Source: Candidatus Bathyarchaeia archaeon
GTDB taxonomy: Archaea; Thermoproteota; Bathyarchaeia; Bathyarchaeales; Bathycorpusculaceae
Length of the DNA: 64,000 nucleotides
Assembly (NCBI GenBank): GCA_037481775.1
Contig: JBBFKZ010000002.1
Coordinates: 32,001-96,000 of the forward strand
Direction: 5' to 3'
Shown: piece after piece, positions 59,117-64,000 of the stretch
Layout: each line of letters begins with the position of its first letter
Position numbering within the stretch: position 1 is the stretch's first letter
Program-made: the position numbers and the translations under genes
The notes under the pieces: generated by a model
The model's input: only the letters and a program-made list of their open reading frames with translations
Databases searched by the model: none
What the model was told of the DNA's origin: nothing

Positions 59117-61069
59117 TTGCTACCAGAGATCTCTTCTTGGCTTGTTTGGTTGCTTCCTTTGATTTCAAGCATATTTGTGCCGTTAACCGCGCGGCTCAGC
59201 GAAAAAGCAAGAAACTACTTCGTGGTTGTAATAACCTTGGTTACTGCTGCCCTCGCCTTTTCGCTAGTTCCCGCCGTTTATTTTGGCGATGCCGAAACTT
59301 TCAGCTTATCCACCGCCTGGATTCCCTCGGGAATAAACGCTGGTGTATTCATCGACCCGCTGAGTGTATTGTTCGCGGTTCTCGTCGCCTTCTTCGGCGT
59401 AATAATAGCCGTTTACTCACTGGGCTACATGAAAGGCGAAGAAGGCTTAACACGATACTACTTCTTCCTACTTCTCTTCATAGGCTCAATGATTGGGCTT
59501 GTCGTATCCGACAATTTCCTTCAGTTGTTCATCTTCTGGGAGATGGTGGGCCTCTGCTCTTACTCACTAATTTCCTTCTGGTATAAACGCCCCGAATCTG
59601 TCCGCGCAGGCGCCAAAGTCTTCCTGATGACACGCATAGGCGACGTAAGCCTGCTAGGCGCCATCGGGCTTCTTTACGCAAGTTTAGGCTCATTTTCCTT
59701 CAGATATGCCATCGCCAACATAACAGCCATCCCAGCGTCTACCCTAACCGCAATAGCGTTTCTAACGCTTGGCGGAGCCATCGCCAAATCCGCGCAACTG
59801 CCGTTGCACACGTGGCTGTACAGCGCCATGGAAGCGCCTACCTCCGTAAGCGCGTTGCTGCATGCTGCGACCATGGTTAAGGCAGGTGTCTATTTGATTG
59901 CGAGGTTAATCCTAATTTTAGGCCCGCTGGCCTTTTCCATCTCTATGTGGCTGCCTACGGTCGCTTGGGTCGGCGTCTTAACTGCCTTCATCGGCGCAAC
60001 ATTGGCTTTGTACACTCCAGACATCAAAGGCGTGTTAGCATACTCTACCATTAGTCAATTAGGCTTTATGATGGCCGCGCTGGGCTCGGTTTCTACGCAG
60101 TCAGACTTGGGCTTGTTCGCAAGCTTGTTCCACATGATAAGCCACGCTTTCTTTGAAGGCTTGGGCTTCCTCTTGGCAGGCGGCATCATCCACGCGCTTG
60201 GAACACGCGACATGAGGCTTATGGGCGGCCTGCGAAAAGCTATGCCGATAACTTTTGCGCTTAGCCTGATAATGGTTTTAACAACCAGCGGGTTGCCGCC
60301 ATTCGCCGCTTTCTTCAGTAAAGGTCTCGTTATAACAAGCTTAACGGAAGCCGGAAACATCTGGCAGGTCATTTTAATCTACGCCACGACTGCCCTCACG
60401 TTTACTTACAGCCTCAGGTTCTTAACGCTTGTTTTCATGGGTAAAGAATCCGACCACTTGAGGAGTCTTCACTTGCATGAGACTCCGAAAATAATGTTGT
60501 TCCCCGCCGCGGTGCTCGCTGTTCTGTGCGTTGCATGGGGTTTTGTTGAGCCGTGGTTGAAAGGCTTTATGCATGTTGAGGCTGAGGCGAGTTTGCTAGG
60601 CGCGTTCTTTAGCTTGGAAACTCCTGTTTTCTTCGCTATCCTTGTTCCCGCTGGCTTAATTATATATCTAACTTACTACAAAAATTCTGAAACTATGAGC
60701 AAATTCCGAAGCAGCCCCAATCTCCTTAAGACTATCTTGAGCCATGGCTATTTCTTCGACGACATCTACGAGAAGGTGGCCGCGAAAGCCATAATAAGCT
60801 TCTCCCGCGGCATCCATTACGTTGAAAACTTCGTCTTCAATAAATTACCGCAGATAGTTGCGTGGTCAGTTATTGTTTTGGCTAACGCGGTTCATAGATA
60901 CCTTGACATCTTGGCGGATAACCTGCTTAATGTCATAGCGCATCGTACACTGCGAGGTGCCACGCATATGCGGAAGTTGCCTTCCTCGTCTTTGCAGCAC
61001 TATATCGCTGCTGCGCTGCTTGGTTTCATATTGATTTTAATATTGATAATAATCACCATAGGAGTATAA
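59117..61069 (+). CDS. NuoL-like antiporter subunit
   Basis: FWEMVGLCSY.LI, KSAQLP.H.WL..AME.PT.VSALLHAATMVKAG. Confidence 0.93.
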   Translation: MLPEISSWLVWLLPLISSIFVPLTARLSEKARNYFVVVITLVTAALAFSLVPAVYFGDAETFSLSTAWIPSGINAGVFIDPLSVLFAVLVAFFGVIIAVYSLGYMKGEEGLTRYYFFLLLFIGSMIGLVVSDNFLQLFIFWEMVGLCSYSLISFWYKRPESVRAGAKVFLMTRIGDVSLLGAIGLLYASLGSFSFRYAIANITAIPASTLTAIAFLTLGGAIAKSAQLPLHTWLYSAMEAPTSVSALLHAATMVKAGVYLIARLILILGPLAFSISMWLPTVAWVGVLTAFIGATLALYTPDIKGVLAYSTISQLGFMMAALGSVSTQSDLGLFASLFHMISHAFFEGLGFLLAGGIIHALGTRDMRLMGGLRKAMPITFALSLIMVLTTSGLPPFAAFFSKGLVITSLTEAGNIWQVILIYATTALTFTYSLRFLTLVFMGKESDHLRSLHLHETPKIMLFPAAVLAVLCVAWGFVEPWLKGFMHVEAEASLLGAFFSLETPVFFAILVPAGLIIYLTYYKNSETMSKFRSSPNLLKTILSHGYFFDDIYEKVAAKAIISFSRGIHYVENFVFNKLPQIVAWSVIVLANAVHRYLDILADNLLNVIAHRTLRGATHMRKLPSSSLQHYIAAALLGFILILILIIITIGV

Positions 61070-62586
61070 TGCCCATGTCATACACTTTGTTATCCGTTTT
61101 CCTGCTGCCAACACTGGCTGTTCCCTTCGTCTATTTGAGCGGAAAAAAATCTCCACGTTTAGCCGCAGCAATTGTTGCTTTAATTGCGCTTGCAAACATC
61201 GCCTTAATTCTGAGCACTGTTCCTACGGTGCTTGACAGCCCAAGGCACGAGTACATTGAATCCTACTATTGGATTCCAGTTTTAGGCTCTGAATTCACCC
61301 TTTTCGCCGACGGCATCAGTGTATCCCTGGCAATTATCACGTTGGTTCTCATAATAGCGGCTGCATTCTTCTCCATAAACTACATGGAAGGCAAAAAGAA
61401 CCTGCCAGCCTATTACGCGCTTTTGACGCTGCTCTCTGTTGGTCTCGTAGGAGTCTTCCTAACCTCTAACCTACTGCTTTTCTATTTCTGCTGGGAACTC
61501 ATGCTAGTCCCCGCGTATTTCATAATTGGCGGCTGGGGCTACAGAGAACCCTATCAAGCTGCATTCAAATTCTTCGTGTTCACACACGCAGGCGCCGTCT
61601 TCGTTGTGCTGGGCATAGGCGCCATCTACATGGTCACAGGCGCCACAGACATGTTCCAAGCACAGGCCGCATTGATGGCGGCTAGCCCGGATCTCGTAAG
61701 GTGGATCCTGCTTGCTTTGACTGCGGGTTTCGCCGTTAAAATGGCTGTGGTTCCAGTTCACATGTGGCTTCCTGATGCACACTCTGAAGCGCCTTCGCCG
61801 ATGTCCGCGCTCTTAAGCGGCGTCATAATCAGCGCTGGCGCTTATGCTATTCTACGCCTATCTCTGGCAACAGTGTTTCCAGCGGTTATGGGCACCACCT
61901 TTGGAAGCGACTTTCTGCACGGGTTGGCAATTTTCGGCGTGATCTCCGCCTTTTTCGGCTCGCTTATCGCGTTGGTCGAAACCGACATAAAACGAATAAT
62001 CGCTTACTCAAGCATTGCACACATGGGCTACGTGCTGTTCGGGCTTTCCCTCTTCCCTTCATCTTCAACGGCTGGTGCAGTAGTGGTTACCACGGCCATA
62101 ACGGGAACAGTGCTTCACCTTGTAAATCACGCAGTAAGCAAGGGGCTTCTCTTCCTCTCAGCAGGCGCCGTCATGCATCAAACAGAAACCCGTGACATTC
62201 GAGAAATGGGTGGCCTTGCCGGCAAAATGCCCTTCACCGCCACCGCTTCAACCACAGCGGCATTAAGCATCGCTGGGACGCCGCCTTTCGCATGTTTCAT
62301 AAGCGAATTTCTAATGTTTGTAGGCGCCTTCGAAGTGATAAACATTGACGGCTTCTATCTTTTGCCCACTGCCTTCATGCTTATAGCCACGGTTGTTTCG
62401 CTTGCTTACTCACTAAGGTATCTGTCCCATGTCTTTCTGGGGCAAGCTAAAAACGGCGCCAAAAAGATTCTGGACGTGCCCGGCTGCATGAAGCTTGCAA
62501 TGGCTATCCTGGTGGTTTTAGTAATCGTCTTAGGCGTTTGGCCTACGTTCTTCATAAACTTGATTAATACTGTGCGATTCGTTTGA
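61069..62586 (+). CDS. NuoM-like antiporter subunit
   Basis: WELMLVP, F.VK....P.H.WLPDAH.EAP, IAYSSIAHMG. Confidence 0.92.
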   Translation: MPMSYTLLSVFLLPTLAVPFVYLSGKKSPRLAAAIVALIALANIALILSTVPTVLDSPRHEYIESYYWIPVLGSEFTLFADGISVSLAIITLVLIIAAAFFSINYMEGKKNLPAYYALLTLLSVGLVGVFLTSNLLLFYFCWELMLVPAYFIIGGWGYREPYQAAFKFFVFTHAGAVFVVLGIGAIYMVTGATDMFQAQAALMAASPDLVRWILLALTAGFAVKMAVVPVHMWLPDAHSEAPSPMSALLSGVIISAGAYAILRLSLATVFPAVMGTTFGSDFLHGLAIFGVISAFFGSLIALVETDIKRIIAYSSIAHMGYVLFGLSLFPSSSTAGAVVVTTAITGTVLHLVNHAVSKGLLFLSAGAVMHQTETRDIREMGGLAGKMPFTATASTTAALSIAGTPPFACFISEFLMFVGAFEVINIDGFYLLPTAFMLIATVVSLAYSLRYLSHVFLGQAKNGAKKILDVPGCMKLAMAILVVLVIVLGVWPTFFINLINTVRFV

Positions 62587-62596
62587 GGCAGACTTT

Positions 62597-64000
62597 ATGG
62601 TTGAAATATTGGACGCTGTTTTACCAATAATAAGCTTGGTTACTTTCGCGTTACTAACGATACCCGTCTTCAGGATTATCCGTAAACGCGCACATAAAAG
62701 TGCTTTGATTATTGCTTGGTTCTCAACGGCCTTTGCCTTATCCGGCGCTGCAGTGGCCAATTTAACCGCAAAATATTACAGTTTGCCTTCGCCGCAGCCG
62801 TTTCTTAATATTACTTTAACGGAGACGCCGTTTGCTGCTCTTTCAAGCGCCTTTATGATAGATGGCATCTCAGTTTATATGTCGATAATGTTCATAGCAG
62901 CCAGCGCGGTTATCATGCTCTACAGCGTTTTCTACTTTGAATCAAAAGAAAGACCTGCTGAAAGGTACTTCGCCGTTATGCTGATGCTAACTGCCGCTTT
63001 GATAGGCGCTGTATTTTCTGGAGATCTACTGACGCTTTTCATCTTTTGGGAAGCCGCCGCTGCAGGTTCAGGTTTCCTGATGATTTACAGGAAAACTCCC
63101 GAATCCTTGAATTCCACACTTAAATATCTGGTGATGATAATTATTGCTTCAGCATTCATAGTATTTGGGCTGTCACTTGTTTACAGTTTAACCGGCTCTT
63201 TGAATTTCTGGGCTGTCCGTGAAGCGTTAGTCACCTTAGCTGATAAGCATCTGCTGGTTTTGGCTTTCATTTTCATCGTAACAGGTTATGCCATTGAATC
63301 CGCGATAGTGCCATTCCACTTTTGGCTGCCTGACGCTTACGCCGCTGCGCCGTCTTCCTCTGCAGCTTTCCTTTCAGCTTTAATTGATCAAGGAAGCTAC
63401 TACGTTCTGATACGTGTTCTCGTATTCATCTTAACACCGCCCGAAGTGTTAAACTGGACGTTTATGCTCGCAGTGATGGCAGCGTTAACCATGATTGTAG
63501 GTAACTTGTTTGCGCTAATTCAAGACGACGTAAAACGCTTGATAGCGAACATCTGCGTGGCCGACGTTGGCTACAACTTGATAGGTATAACCAGTGTAAC
63601 AGCGCTGGGACTGACTGGGAACCTCTACTTCTTCCTAATCGGTGGGATCACCACGGCGCTGGCTTTCATGGCAGTAGGCATTGCCACACGGTACGGCTTC
63701 AAAACAATAGAAGACTTTTCTGGACTAAGCAAGAAGATGCCCCTTGTTAGTTTAGCCTTAGTAATAGCTTGCCTCTCTTTCGCCGGCGTTCCGCCTTTCG
63801 GAGGTTTCATGGCAAAGTATCTTGTGTTTACTGCCGCGATAAAAGCAAACTTGAGTTGGCTAGCGATCATCGGCGTTCTAACAAGTGTGCTTCAAACTGC
63901 TTACCTGTTAAGGTTAGTGAATTACATGTATGCCAAAAAACCGAAAGATGACGCCAAAATAAACGAGCCTAAAAAGCTGCTGGTTCCCGTCTTCATTCTT
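62597..64000 (+). CDS. NuoN-like antiporter subunit (3' truncated by window edge)
   Basis: Manual translation from ATG 62597: FIFWE, PFHFWLPDAY, GVPPFGGFMAK; absent from the ORF track because no stop lies in the window. Confidence 0.88.
   Translation, partial: MVEILDAVLPIISLVTFALLTIPVFRIIRKRAHKSALIIAWFSTAFALSGAAVANLTAKYYSLPSPQPFLNITLTETPFAALSSAFMIDGISVYMSIMFIAASAVIMLYSVFYFESKERPAERYFAVMLMLTAALIGAVFSGDLLTLFIFWEAAAAGSGFLMIYRKTPESLNSTLKYLVMIIIASAFIVFGLSLVYSLTGSLNFWAVREALVTLADKHLLVLAFIFIVTGYAIESAIVPFHFWLPDAYAAAPSSSAAFLSALIDQGSYYVLIRVLVFILTPPEVLNWTFMLAVMAALTMIVGNLFALIQDDVKRLIANICVADVGYNLIGITSVTALGLTGNLYFFLIGGITTALAFMAVGIATRYGFKTIEDFSGLSKKMPLVSLALVIACLSFAGVPPFGGFMAKYLVFTAAIKANLSWLAIIGVLTSVLQTAYLLRLVNYMYAKKPKDDAKINEPKKLLVPVFIL

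Noticed and set aside
170-63951. Numerous antisense or alternate-frame ORFs in the track (e.g. 170..763, 25090..25656, 27862..28386, 33508..34113, 59137..59586)
   Set aside because: They are shadows of well-supported genes and have no recognisable motifs
1-64000. CRISPR array, tRNA/rRNA, transposase or integrase
   Set aside because: No regularly spaced repeats or recognisable signatures seen by eye; a short tRNA or sRNA could have been missed

Overview
Archaeal chromosomal window, most consistent with Bathyarchaeia. The basis is TBP, pelota, L37e/Sm, RNase P RNA, a methanofuran operon, an Fpo-like group 4 [NiFe] hydrogenase and typical propeller/Ig surface proteins; the taxon is inferred from gene content. 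The left ~30 kb is an accessory island dense in cobalamin and radical-SAM genes: CbiZ, a DUF71/Dph6 paralog, CbiB, three B12-binding radical SAMs, two SPASM radical SAMs, a HemN-like enzyme, a cap-less corrinoid protein with MtrH, an orphan RnfD-RnfC fusion and two GT-C-like membrane proteins. The middle holds a frameshifted AOR, core information-processing genes and RNase P RNA. The right holds mfnB-A-D-F-E, an FrhB/FpoF-CBS fusion and a complex-I-like hydrogenase operon that runs off the end. The most notable unexplained signals are the island itself with its orphan Rnf fusion, a ~58-bp intergenic element present twice, several Shine-Dalgarno-led near-cognate start codons (ACG/CTG/ATT), and two paralogous secreted putative clan-CD protease cassettes. 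No CRISPR array, rRNA, tRNA or transposase was recognised.
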